Below, in pieces: positions 29,675-39,241 of a DNA stretch of 64,000 bases (within the stretch, counting starts at the first letter, position 1; each line of letters opens with the position of its first letter). The notes beneath the pieces are model-generated. The model was not told where the DNA came from and ran no database searches. It saw only the letters and a program-made list of their open reading frames with translations. Both the position numbers and the translations under genes were made by a program. This DNA comes from an uncultured Verrucomicrobiae bacterium (lineage in GTDB: Bacteria; Verrucomicrobiota; Verrucomicrobiia; Chthoniobacterales; Chthoniobacteraceae): contig CAWIKF010000002.1 in NCBI GenBank assembly GCA_963836755.1, forward strand, positions 256,001 through 320,000, given 5' to 3'.

Positions 29675-31145
29675 ATGCTGACTCCCCTGAACGCCAAACA
29701 ATGGGATCTGACAAAGGCGGCGCACCTGCTCAACCGCGCCGGCTTTGGCGGCTCGCCGGAGCAAATCAAGGCGTTTTGTGAGCTCGGTTTTGACGGCGCG
29801 GTGAAACAGGTGTTGAACGCTCCGGACGACTCCGCGCAATTTCCAAATCCCGGCTGGGCCGCGCCGCAGAATCTCGTCGAGATGCGGCAGATGGCGCAAA
29901 ATTTGCCGGAGGATCAGCGCAAGGAAAAAGTCAAAAAGGTGCAGAAGGAAATGAAACAGCACGGCGTCGATCTCATCGACTGGTGGATGGCGCGCATGGC
30001 GACAACGCCGAATCCGTATCGCGAGAAGCTGACGCTTTTCTGGCACGGGCATTTCGCGACGAGCATGCAAAAAGTAAAGGACGCATATTTGATGTGGCAG
30101 CAAAATGAGCTGCTGCGCCGGAACGCGCTCGGCAATTTCGGGACGATGGTGAAGGAAATCTCGCGCGATCCGGCGATGTTGGTCTGGCTCGATACACGCA
30201 CGAGCCGCAAGGATCACCCGAACGAAAATTTCGCGCGGGAATTGATGGAACTTTTCACGCTCGGCATCGGCAATTACACCGAGGAAGATATCGCGCAATC
30301 TGCGCGCGCCTTTACCGGTTATCGCATGGACCCGCGTGACGAATCGTTTCACTACGCGCCGTTCCAGCACGATGACACTGAGAAGAAATTCTTCGGCAAA
30401 ACGGGAAACTTTGGCGGCGACGACATCATCAATTTGATCCTGCAAAAGCCGCAGTGCGCGCAATACATCACGAAAAAGATTTGGGAATTTTACGCCTACG
30501 AAGATCCGCAGCCGACGCTCGTAAACGTCCTCGCGGCGCGGTTCCAGCAGCACAATTACGAAATCAAGCCGCTGATGAACGAGATGTTCCGCAGCGCGGA
30601 ATTTTACTCGCCCGATGCGATCCGCACGCAGATCAAATCGCCGGTGCAATGGGTCGTGCAGACCGTGAAAATTTTGCAGACCGATCTCCCGCGCGGTCCG
30701 ATCGTCGCAAATATGCTGCGGCAACTCGGGCAGGTGCCGTTCGTGCCGCCGAGCGTGAAAGGCTGGGACGGCGGCAAGGCGTGGATCACGACCTCGACGC
30801 TGCTTTTGCGCTACAACCTCGCGAATTTTGCGATCGGAAATGGACCGATCAATGTGCAGCGCATGCGCAAGGTGGCCGGCAATAACGCGGCGGTCAAAGC
30901 CGGGATTCCAGGTGGAAAATCACGTGGCGCTCGACTATGCCAAAATCGCGCCGGTCGAGCTGCGCAGTAATCCAGAGCGCCTCGTCGCCTACATCGCTTT
31001 TCGTTTGTTCCAAAGTCCCTTGCAGCCGCGCGAAAGCGAGGGCTTCATCAGCTTCGTCAAGGAGCGCCAGGACAAAGTGGACGACAATTCCATCCGCGAC
31101 CTGCTGCATCTCATGATGAGCACGCCGCTATTCCAGCTGACCTGA
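29675..31145 (+). CDS. DUF1800-family protein; +1 frameshift near 30897
   Basis: HLLNRAGFG, EKLTLFWHGHFAT, PNENFARELMELFTLG, PPSVKGW; C-terminus MSTPLFQL in the next frame. Confidence 0.88.
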
Positions 31146-31148
31146 ATT

Positions 31149-32486
31149 ATGAGCGACCACGATCACATCATCGAGCCCCACACACGGACCTTGCACACGC
31201 GGCGGGAATTTTTGCGCACTTCGATGCTGGGCGCGGCCGCCACATGGACGCTGCCGATTTTCCTGCAAAAAACTTTCTTCGCGCTCGATGCGCAGGCCGC
31301 CGATTCCGTCATCCAGACCGCGACCGGAAAAGACGGGACGATCCTCGTGGTCCTGCAAATGGCGGGCGGCAACGATGGTTTAAACACGGTGGTTCCATGG
31401 GCTGACGACGCCTATTACAAGGCGCGCCCGGTCATTGGCATCAAGGCGGACAGCGTGCTGAAAGTGAACGATTACATGGGCCTCGCGCCGCAGCTCACGG
31501 GGCTGAAGTCGCTTTACGACGCCGGCCATCTCTCGATCATCCAGGGCGTCGGCTACCCGAACCCGAACCGGTCGCATTTTCGCTCCACCGAAATCTGGCA
31601 GACTGCCGCCGATGCGGATAAAAACGAGGCTTACGGCTGGCTCGGCCGATATTTCGACAGTTGCTGCAAAGGCGCGGATCCGACCGTGGGCGTGGCCATT
31701 GGCAACACCTCGCCGCAGGCTTTCAACGCGCAAAATCCGACCGGCGTTTCTTTCTCGCGGCCCGAGCAGTATCGCTGGATCAATGGCGACAAATCCAGCT
31801 CGTCCCAGGCACTTTTCCGCGAGATGAACTCGCCGGGGGAAGGCGCGGCTGACACCGACGCCGGCGGCTCCATCGGCATGATCGGCGGCAGCAAGAAAAC
31901 CCATGGCAGCACGCTCGACTTTTTGCAGCGGACCGCGCTCGACGCGCAGCTCAGCAGCGACAAAGTTTTGGAAATCGCGAAAAAATACAAGGCGAGCGTC
32001 GATTACCCGGCGGGCCCGCTTGCCGACAGCTTAAACCTCGTCGCGCGCATGATCGCCGGCGGGCTTCCGACGCGCGTTTATTACGTGAGCCAGGGCGGCT
32101 ACGACACGCACACGAACGAAGCGCCGACGCATGACCGGCTCATGGCGGAGCTCAACGGCGCCTTGAGCGCTTTCGCGAAAGACCTGCAGGCGCAGGGAAA
32201 TTTCTCGCGCGTGATGCTGATCACTTTCAGCGAATTCGGCCGGCGCGTTACACAAAACGCGAGCAATGGCACCGATCACGGCGCGGCGGCGCCGATGTTC
32301 GTGATGGGCGGCGGAGTGAAGCCGGGAGTTTTTGGAAAATATCCTAGCCTGACGCAGCTTTACCAAGGCGACCTGGTCTACAACGTCGATTTCCGCAACG
32401 TCTACGCGACCGTGCTGGAGAAATGGTTGCGTGCGCCGAGTGACGTCGTGCTCGGCCGGAAGTTCCCGCTGATGCCGATCGTCTAG
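31149..32486 (+). CDS. DUF1501-family protein with a Tat signal
   Basis: TRREFL twin-arginine motif; GGNDGLN, NRSHF, GGYDTH, SEFGRR, GTDHG, VDFR. Confidence 0.9.
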   Translation: MSDHDHIIEPHTRTLHTRREFLRTSMLGAAATWTLPIFLQKTFFALDAQAADSVIQTATGKDGTILVVLQMAGGNDGLNTVVPWADDAYYKARPVIGIKADSVLKVNDYMGLAPQLTGLKSLYDAGHLSIIQGVGYPNPNRSHFRSTEIWQTAADADKNEAYGWLGRYFDSCCKGADPTVGVAIGNTSPQAFNAQNPTGVSFSRPEQYRWINGDKSSSSQALFREMNSPGEGAADTDAGGSIGMIGGSKKTHGSTLDFLQRTALDAQLSSDKVLEIAKKYKASVDYPAGPLADSLNLVARMIAGGLPTRVYYVSQGGYDTHTNEAPTHDRLMAELNGALSAFAKDLQAQGNFSRVMLITFSEFGRRVTQNASNGTDHGAAAPMFVMGGGVKPGVFGKYPSLTQLYQGDLVYNVDFRNVYATVLEKWLRAPSDVVLGRKFPLMPIV

Positions 32487-32496
32487 CCTTCTGGGG

Positions 32497-32546
32497 TGAA
32501 AAGTCCGCGGCGGTTTTTTGGGGCCGCCGCGGACTTAATTTTTTTT
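32497..32546. terminator. Probable bidirectional intrinsic terminator
   Basis: 13-bp stem AAGTCCGCGGCGG/CCGCCGCGGACTT with T-tracts on both strands, between convergent genes. Confidence 0.85.
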
Positions 32547-32549
32547 CGC

Positions 32550-32978
32550 TTAACGCGCGCTGTTGGGCGTGCCCGTGCCGGTTGTGCCCCTGATTCCGCT
32601 GTTTCCACTGGAGCCGCTGCCCGTGCTGCTCGTCCCGGTGTTTGTCGACGAGCCGGGGGTTCCGAGCGAACCGCTGTTGCTGCCGCCGGTGTAGCCGGCA
32701 CCTGGCGACGGCGAGGCCGATGGGCTCATGCCGGGAGACGCCGAACCGGTCGCCGTTCCCGTGCCGGTGGTCGTGCCCGTTCCAGTTCCGGAGAGATTCC
32801 CGGTGCCGCCTGTGAGCGTGCCGGAACTGCCGACCGTGCCGCTACCCGAGGCTGTTCCAGTGGTGCCTGAGCTGCCGGCGCCAGCGGATCCGGAGGAGCC
32901 GGCCGTTTGTGCGAAAGCCACTCCCGCTGCCATCATGACTGCGGTCGCGACCAATGATTTCTTTAAGTTTAATTTCAT
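32550..32978 (-). CDS. Secreted low-complexity Gly/Ser/Thr-rich protein
   Basis: Signal peptide MKLNLKKSLVATAVMMAAGVAFA followed by ~120 aa dominated by G/S/T/P. Confidence 0.75.
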   Translation of the reverse strand: MKLNLKKSLVATAVMMAAGVAFAQTAGSSGSAGAGSSGTTGTASGSGTVGSSGTLTGGTGNLSGTGTGTTTGTGTATGSASPGMSPSASPSPGAGYTGGSNSGSLGTPGSSTNTGTSSTGSGSSGNSGIRGTTGTGTPNSAR

Positions 32979-33049
32979 ACGCAGAGGAATCGGCGGCGAC
33001 TGAGCATTCCGCCTACGCGCGTTGTCTGATCGCCTCGTCGGGCGAAGGA

Positions 33050-33400
33050 TTAAGCGGATCCCTTCGCGTCGCTCGCGCGATATTTGATCACGCGCACATC
33101 CTCCAGCGTCACGAGTCCTTCCTGCACCATTTCGTCGAGAATTGGAAGGAACGCCTCGATCTTTTCCGCGGCATCGACGATCTCGATCACGATCGGCAGA
33201 TCCATCGAGAGGCGCAGAATCTTCGCCGTATGCAGATGGCTCTTCGCGCCAAAACCCATTGGCCCGCGCATCACCGTCGCACCGGCGAGACCGGCTTCGC
33301 GCGCTTTTAGCACGATCGCTTCGTAAAGCGGACGATGCTGCCACCGATCGCTTTCGCCGATGAAAATGCGCAGCAATTGCCCGGACTCTGGAAGTTTCAT
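33050..33400 (-). CDS. DUF190 PII-like protein
   Basis: LLRIFIGESD, GLAGATV.RG..GFG, LSMDLPIVIEIVD; follows crcB with an overlap. Confidence 0.9.
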   Translation of the reverse strand: MKLPESGQLLRIFIGESDRWQHRPLYEAIVLKAREAGLAGATVMRGPMGFGAKSHLHTAKILRLSMDLPIVIEIVDAAEKIEAFLPILDEMVQEGLVTLEDVRVIKYRASDAKGSA

Positions 33401-33783
33401 TTGTTTAAAAGTCCGGCAGACATGTGTCCGAGGCAGACGCCCGCCAGGCAGAGCGCCACGGAGAGCAAAATATTCAGCGACGCGTAGAGCCATTCGCCGT
33501 CGCGCGCGAGCCCGAGCGTCTGCAGGCTGAACGACGAGAACGTCGTGTAGCCGCCACACAGGCCGATCATGAAAAATTGCCGGAGCTGCGGCGAGACGAG
33601 CAGCCGCCCGTCCGGATCGGTCAGCGTCGCGAAGAAGCCGATGACGAAAGAGCCGGTGACATTGACGACGAGCGTGCCCAGCGGAAAAAGTTCACCGAAG
33701 CGTTGCGCGACGATTCCCGAGACCCAGAAGCGCCCGATGCTGCCGAGCGCGCCGCCGAGGCCAACGAGAAAATACGTGAGCAT
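33397..33783 (-). CDS. crcB: Fluoride channel CrcB/Fluc
   Basis: GGALGS.GR, FPLGTLVVN, GLCGGYTTFSSF. Confidence 0.95.
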   Translation of the reverse strand: MLTYFLVGLGGALGSIGRFWVSGIVAQRFGELFPLGTLVVNVTGSFVIGFFATLTDPDGRLLVSPQLRQFFMIGLCGGYTTFSSFSLQTLGLARDGEWLYASLNILLSVALCLAGVCLGHMSAGLLNK

Positions 33784-33830
33784 GCCGATGCGCTATTTCA
33801 CGAAAGGTCGGGCCGCTTTGCAAAACAACT

Positions 33831-34193
33831 TCACATCCATCGCGTGATCGCCGCGCCTTTGCCGTCGCGAAATTTTCCCGCCGCGAGCCGGATGCAATCA
33901 ACCATCGGCACGAGCCCGATCGCCGCGAAAAGCGTCAGCGGCCCGAGCGCGGAGCCGTGCGTGTCCGCCCACGCCTGAACCTCGTCGATTGTTGTCAATT
34001 GCATCAACCCGGCGCATGAATTTTGCAGCCAGTAAAAGCTCGCGAGTGACGCGGCGAGCAGAATCGCGCCGCTGATGAAACGCCCGACGTAAAAACGATG
34101 CACGCCGAGGAACCCGATCAGCGCGCCGAGCAAAAGCGCCGGCAAAATCCGTTTATCGGATGGAAGCGGGGGCGGTGAAATCGCGGCAGACAT
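33831..34193 (-). CDS. TM2/NINE-domain membrane protein
   Basis: KRILPALLL...GVHRFYVG. Confidence 0.8.
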   Translation of the reverse strand: MSAAISPPPLPSDKRILPALLLGALIGFLGVHRFYVGRFISGAILLAASLASFYWLQNSCAGLMQLTTIDEVQAWADTHGSALGPLTLFAAIGLVPMVDCIRLAAGKFRDGKGAAITRWM

Positions 34194-34226
34194 CAGCGGC
34201 GGGACGAGCGCTCCGCAACCTTCTTC

Positions 34227-34439
34227 TCACACCCACTTCGTGATCCTGATTCCCTGCTTGTCGGTAAATGCACCGCAAACGATGAGGACCAAATCGATCA
34301 TCGCCCAGATTCCAGCACCGCCGGCCGTCACGAGTTGGAGCAACGCGGTGCCAGTTTTGCCGACGTAAAAACGATGCGCGCCGAAGATGCCGAAAAAGAA
34401 CGCAAGGATCGCGGCGGGAAGAATGCGTTTGTCGGTCAT
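34227..34439 (-). CDS. TM2-domain membrane protein
   Basis: KRILPAAIL...GAHRFYVGK.GT...GIWAMIDL. Confidence 0.88.
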   Translation of the reverse strand: MTDKRILPAAILAFFFGIFGAHRFYVGKTGTALLQLVTAGGAGIWAMIDLVLIVCGAFTDKQGIRITKWV

Positions 34440-34448
34440 CGGTCGTTT

Positions 34449-35474
34449 TTAGTAATCGGCCTGCGCGCCCTTGATGTTTTTCTTTTTGATCCACGGCATC
34501 AAGCCGCGGAGGCGCTCGCCGGTCTTTTCGATCGGATGTTTTTCGCCGGCGGCGAGGAGCTTCTTGTAATTTTTGTAGCCGCCCTCGTATTCGGCGACCC
34601 AGCCCTTCGCAAATTTTCCGGTCTGGATGTCCTTGAGCGCCGCTTTCATCCGCTTCTTCACGCCGGCGTCGATGATCTTCGGGCCGACGCTCACGTCGCC
34701 CCATTTCGCCGTCTCGGAAATGGAAAAGCGCATGCCGGCGATGCCCGCTTCGTTCATCAAGTCGACGATCAACTTCAGCTCGTGGAGACATTCGAAATAC
34801 GCCATTTCCGGCGAATATCCAGCTTCGGTCAGCACTTCAAAACCCGCCTGCACCAGCGCACTCGCGCCGCCGCACAGCACGGTTTGCTCGCCGAAAAGAT
34901 CGGTCTCCGTCTCTTCCTTGAAGCTGGTTTCGATCACGCCGCCGCGCGTCCCGCCGATTCCCTTTGCCCACGCGAGCGCGACTTTTTTCGCCTGCTTGCT
35001 CGGGTTTTGATAAATCGCGATCAACGCGGGCACGCCTTTGCCCTCGGTGTATTGGCGGCGCACGATGTGGCCCGGGCCTTTCGGCGCGACCATGATCACG
35101 TCCACGTCTTTCGGCGCGACGATGGTTTTGAAATGAATCGCGAACCCGTGCGAGAACAGCAGCGTCTTTCCCTTCGTCAAATTCGGCGCGATGTCCTTGT
35201 TGTAAACCGCGGGAATCTTCGTGTCCGGCACCGCGACGAAGATCACGTCCGCGCGCTTCACCGCTTCCGCAGTGTCGAAAACCTCGAGCCCTTTTTCCTT
35301 GGCGACCGCGCGCGATTTGCTCGAGGGATAAAGCCCGACGATCACTTTGACGCCACTGTCGCGCAGATTGAGCGCGTGCGCGTGGCCTTGCGAGCCGAAG
35401 CCGATTACGGCGCAGGTTTTGTTCTTGAGAGCGGAGAGGTCGGCGTCTTTGTCGGAGTAAATTTTCGCGGGCAT
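34449..35474 (-). CDS. ilvC: Ketol-acid reductoisomerase
   Basis: [49 protein letters not shown]. Confidence 0.98.
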   Translation of the reverse strand: MPAKIYSDKDADLSALKNKTCAVIGFGSQGHAHALNLRDSGVKVIVGLYPSSKSRAVAKEKGLEVFDTAEAVKRADVIFVAVPDTKIPAVYNKDIAPNLTKGKTLLFSHGFAIHFKTIVAPKDVDVIMVAPKGPGHIVRRQYTEGKGVPALIAIYQNPSKQAKKVALAWAKGIGGTRGGVIETSFKEETETDLFGEQTVLCGGASALVQAGFEVLTEAGYSPEMAYFECLHELKLIVDLMNEAGIAGMRFSISETAKWGDVSVGPKIIDAGVKKRMKAALKDIQTGKFAKGWVAEYEGGYKNYKKLLAAGEKHPIEKTGERLRGLMPWIKKKNIKGAQADY

Positions 35475-35499
35475 AAATGGAGATTAGAAAGGAGCGCAG

Positions 35500-35527
35500 A
35501 TGCTAGATAGAACGAGCGCGATGTCAA
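35500..35527 (-). promoter_or_regulatory. Putative sigma70 promoter for ilvC, TTGACA-N16-TAGCAT
   Basis: Read on the minus strand upstream of ATG 35474. Confidence 0.5.
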
Positions 35528-35671
35528 TCTTCGCGCGGCAATTTGAGCGCGTCGTTCGCGATGTTTTCAAAGTCCGCAAAGACAAAAACGCGCGTAATCT
35601 TTGCGAAATCTCGGACTGGACAAGCGGCGGGCGAGACTGAATAGTTTGCGTCCTTTCCCTGGAAGGTTTTC

Positions 35672-36283
35672 ATGAGTGCCGTTTTATTTTTCAAAAGATT
35701 CCTCCAGCGCCCGATGCAGGTGGCTTCCATCATCCCGAGCTCGCGCGCGCTCGTGGGCAAAGTTTCCAGCAAGTTTGATTTTTCGGAGCCGCGCGTGATC
35801 GCGGAGTTCGGGCCGGGCGAAGGATGTCACACGCGGGAAATCGCGCGACGGATGCACCCGGGCTCGACGTTGCTGCTTTTCGAGCTCGATCCGGAGCTGG
35901 CGAATCATCTGCGCGTGCAGTTCCGCGACGATGAGCGCGTGGCGGTGATCAATGGCGACTGCGCGTCTCTGCCGCAGGAACTGGCGCAGCGCGGGATCGC
36001 CTTTTGCGATTATGTCGTTTCGGGCATTCCATTCAGCACGATGGAGATCGGGAAAAAGCGGGAGATTTTGCGCGGGATTTTTGATTCGCTGCGGCCGACG
36101 CATCACGCGGCGTTCATCATTTACCAAGTGACGAACGAGCTGCGCGGGCACGCAAAACTTTTCCCGCGCGTGCAGTCGGAGTATTGCCTGCAAAACATTC
36201 CGCCGATGTTCGTGACCGTGTTTTTCAAGCAACCGCTCAACGGCCACTCGAACGGAAACGGGAACGGCAACGGGAAACATTGA
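35672..36283 (+). CDS. SAM-dependent methyltransferase, phospholipid N-methyltransferase (PmtA/OlsG)-like
   Basis: FLQRPMQVASIIPSS, EFGPGEG, VVSGIPFS, NIPP. Confidence 0.75.
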   Translation: MSAVLFFKRFLQRPMQVASIIPSSRALVGKVSSKFDFSEPRVIAEFGPGEGCHTREIARRMHPGSTLLLFELDPELANHLRVQFRDDERVAVINGDCASLPQELAQRGIAFCDYVVSGIPFSTMEIGKKREILRGIFDSLRPTHHAAFIIYQVTNELRGHAKLFPRVQSEYCLQNIPPMFVTVFFKQPLNGHSNGNGNGNGKH

Positions 36284-36292
36284 TTCGCAGCG

Positions 36293-37705
36293 ATGGCTGA
36301 GACGCGCACGGAAAAGGATTCGATGGGGGCGATGGAAGTTCCCGCCGATGCGCTCTACGGCGCCAGCACGCAGCGCGCGGTGCTCAATTTTCCGATCAGC
36401 GGCTATCGTTTCTCGCGGGAGTTCATCAGCGCGCTCGGATTGGTGAAATGGGCTGCCGCGGAGGCGAACCACGAGCTCGGCAAGCTCGACCAGGAGAGCG
36501 TGGCGCTGATCGCGCGCGCGGCGCAGGAGATGATCGAGGGAAAGCTCGATGCGCATTTTCCGGTCGATATTTTCCAGACTGGCTCCGGCACGAGCACAAA
36601 CATGAATGCGAACGAGGTGCTCGCAAACCGTTGCTCGCAGCTCGCGGGGAAGCCCATCGGCTCAAAGGATCCGGTGCATCCGAACGACCACGTGAACATG
36701 GGCCAATCGAGCAACGACGTGATCCCGACGGCGATCCACATCGCAGTCGGCGAGGCGCTGCGCAACGATTTGATGCCGGCGCTCGATGCACTGCACGGCG
36801 CGCTGGCGCGGAAGGCGGCGCAGTTTTGGGAAGTGATCAAAATCGGCCGCACGCATTTGATGGACGCGACGCCGATCCGGCTCGGCCAGGAATTTTCCGG
36901 TTACGCGCAGCAGGTCGAATACGGAAAATTGCGCGCGGGCAACGCGCTTTCAGCCATCGAGGAGCTCGCGCTCGGCGGCACGGCCGTCGGCACGGGATTG
37001 AATTGCCACCCGGAATTTCCGGGACGCGTGATGCGGCATTTGTGGAACCGCACCGGCATTTCGTTCCGCGAAGCGCACAATCATTTCGAGGCGCAGGCGG
37101 CGAAGGATGGGCTCGTGCAGGCGAGCGGGCAGTTGAAAACAATCGCGGTCAGTTTGTTTAAAATCGCCAATGACATTCGCTGGCTCAGCAGCGGCCCGCG
37201 CTGCGGGATCGGCGAGATTCGGCTGCCGGAGACGCAGCCCGGCTCCTCGATCATGCCCGGCAAAGTCAACCCCGTCATGTGCGAAGCGATGATGCAGGTT
37301 TGCGCGCAAGTGATCGGCAACGACACGACGGTGACGTGGGCGGGCGCGAACGGGAACTTTGATCTCAATGTGATGATGCCGGTGCTCGCACACAATATTT
37401 TGGAAAGCATCCGGCTCCTCTCGAATGTCAGCCGCGTCTTCGCGGAGCGTTGCGTCAATGGCATCGCGGCGAACATCGAGCGCTGCAATGACCTCGTGGA
37501 ATATTCGATGGCGATGGTCACGAGCCTCGCCCCAATCATCGGCTACGACCGCGCTGCGGAAATCGCAAAGGAATCGGCGAAGACGGGAAAAACGGTGCGC
37601 GAACTTTGTCGCGAGCAGCATGTTTTACCCGAAGAGGAATTGAAGCGAGCACTCGATCCGGTGGAAATGACGAAGCCCGGGGGCGAGGGAAGCGCCGGCG
37701 GTTAG
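36293..37705 (+). CDS. fumC: Class II fumarate hydratase
   Basis: FQTGSGTSTNMNANE, QSSND, KIGRTHLMDA, GSSIMPGKVNP. Confidence 0.95.
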   Translation: MAETRTEKDSMGAMEVPADALYGASTQRAVLNFPISGYRFSREFISALGLVKWAAAEANHELGKLDQESVALIARAAQEMIEGKLDAHFPVDIFQTGSGTSTNMNANEVLANRCSQLAGKPIGSKDPVHPNDHVNMGQSSNDVIPTAIHIAVGEALRNDLMPALDALHGALARKAAQFWEVIKIGRTHLMDATPIRLGQEFSGYAQQVEYGKLRAGNALSAIEELALGGTAVGTGLNCHPEFPGRVMRHLWNRTGISFREAHNHFEAQAAKDGLVQASGQLKTIAVSLFKIANDIRWLSSGPRCGIGEIRLPETQPGSSIMPGKVNPVMCEAMMQVCAQVIGNDTTVTWAGANGNFDLNVMMPVLAHNILESIRLLSNVSRVFAERCVNGIAANIERCNDLVEYSMAMVTSLAPIIGYDRAAEIAKESAKTGKTVRELCREQHVLPEEELKRALDPVEMTKPGGEGSAGG

Positions 37706-37714
37706 CGACGCGCG

Positions 37715-38254
37715 CTAATTTCCCATTTCCTCGTAGCCGCCGAGTTTTTCCGGCGGCGTCGCGTTTTCGGGATAGCGAAATTCCTTGTGCCGCGCCTGGC
37801 CGCCTGCAAAGGCGATCCACGCACCGAGCCCGAGCACAACGCATGAAAAAAGGAGCGTCACGAGATTGAGCGGCAGTGCGCTCTTTGGCACTTTCCACGG
37901 CAACGCTGCTGCCACGGCGGCGAACACTGCGAGCGCGTAAAATGCCGGAAGCGCGCGCGTCGCGCGTTGGGCGTGCGCGTCGAGCCAATGCGCGCCGAGA
38001 TGGTCCGAGCGCGCCTCGATTGTGTCAAAAGATTGCTGGCCGAAAATGGCAACCGGCCACGCCATTGCGGCGCTAAGCGCGATGATCGAAAGCGCGATGA
38101 CTTGCGCCGCGCGGCTGCGGGCAAACATTCCGAGCACGAGCGCGAGCACGCCCATCGCGAGCCCGTAGATCGGCAGCGGATTTAAAAGAATGTGGAGATA
38201 CTCGGGCTTTTCAAAATGGCCCTGAAGCACCTGCCATGCACTCAGATGCTCCAC
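37715..38254 (-). CDS. 4-TM membrane protein with His residues (DUF2231-like)
   Basis: Four hydrophobic helices; YLHILLN, LDAHAQRA, GGQARH. Confidence 0.65.
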   Translation of the reverse strand: MEHLSAWQVLQGHFEKPEYLHILLNPLPIYGLAMGVLALVLGMFARSRAAQVIALSIIALSAAMAWPVAIFGQQSFDTIEARSDHLGAHWLDAHAQRATRALPAFYALAVFAAVAAALPWKVPKSALPLNLVTLLFSCVVLGLGAWIAFAGGQARHKEFRYPENATPPEKLGGYEEMGN

Positions 38255-38257
38255 CGA

Positions 38258-38623
38258 TTACTTTTCGATCTCGGTATTTTCCAAAAGGTTCACACCGTCG
38301 CGTGTGACAGCTTTGCCTTTGAGCGTGACGGTTTTCCCCGCGTATTCGGCGAGTTCCTGGTTCATCGGTTTATGCGAGCCGATGACGGTGTAAACTTTTC
38401 CGTCTTCAGTTTTGATGCCAACAGGAAGACCGCTGCTGATGCATTTCTTCGCGCAGCCGGCGTGTTTTTCGCCCGACGCGCCGTGATCGGTGTAGCAGGC
38501 GAGATCGATGATTTCGCCTTTGACGGTCGTCATGTCCGCATCTTTTTCAGGAGCGGCGAAGACCGGCGCGGCGGAGAGAAAGCCAGTGGTGGCGATGGTA
38601 AGGAGCGCAGTGATTGTTTTCAT
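38258..38623 (-). CDS. Secreted hypothetical protein with a C...H..C...C cluster
   Basis: Signal peptide; GEIIDLACY...HAGCAKKCISSGLP. Confidence 0.75.
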   Translation of the reverse strand: MKTITALLTIATTGFLSAAPVFAAPEKDADMTTVKGEIIDLACYTDHGASGEKHAGCAKKCISSGLPVGIKTEDGKVYTVIGSHKPMNQELAEYAGKTVTLKGKAVTRDGVNLLENTEIEK

Positions 38624-38678
38624 AATATGGATTTAAACGGGCGGGATTTTGTGTCCGTTCATTCAAGTAATCGCTTGC

Positions 38679-39105
38679 TTATGCCGTTCTGCGTGCCGCG
38701 GCGATATTTAAAATGGTGTTAAACTCCTGCGCAGTCAGCGGCATTACGGAAAGGCGGGAGTTTTTCAAAAGCGGAATCTTCGCGAGCTTTGGCTCCGCCT
38801 TGATCTCATCCAGTGTCACCGGCCGCTCGAGCGCGCGTTGTGGCGTGAGTTCCACGCAGACCCAATCGCCTTCGGTCGCGGTGGGATCGGGTTGCGCGGC
38901 GCGTGTGACCTCGGCTATGCCGACCGCCATTTTTCCGACGACGCTGTAATAATAGAGCACCGCGTCGCCGACGCGCATCGCCTTGAGATTGTTGCGAGCC
39001 TGATAATCTACGCACGCCGGTCCACGCGGTTCTGCCGTCGCGCACGAAATCCTCCCACGAATACGCGGTCGGCTCCTGTTTCACCATCCAATAGTTTCTG
39101 CTCAT
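38679..39105 (-). CDS. EVE-domain protein; +1 frameshift near 39008
   Basis: YWMVKQEP, WTGVR; removing one base restores NYQARNNLKAM; DPT, SRLSVMPL. Confidence 0.9.
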
Positions 39106-39241
39106 GCCGAAAGTTTGCCGCGCGTCCGCAGAGCCCGCGAGAGTGGATTTCTGCGGACGTTTTTCCGGCGGCAGTTTTTCTCGCGGGAACTCATCGCTGG
39201 CATTGTCAAATTGCGCGGGGCGAGTTAAATGAATGTTCCCC

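Noticed and set aside
33784..33830. Fluoride riboswitch upstream of crcB
   Set aside because: The 47-nt gap lacks the GGCGATGG...TGATG core pattern
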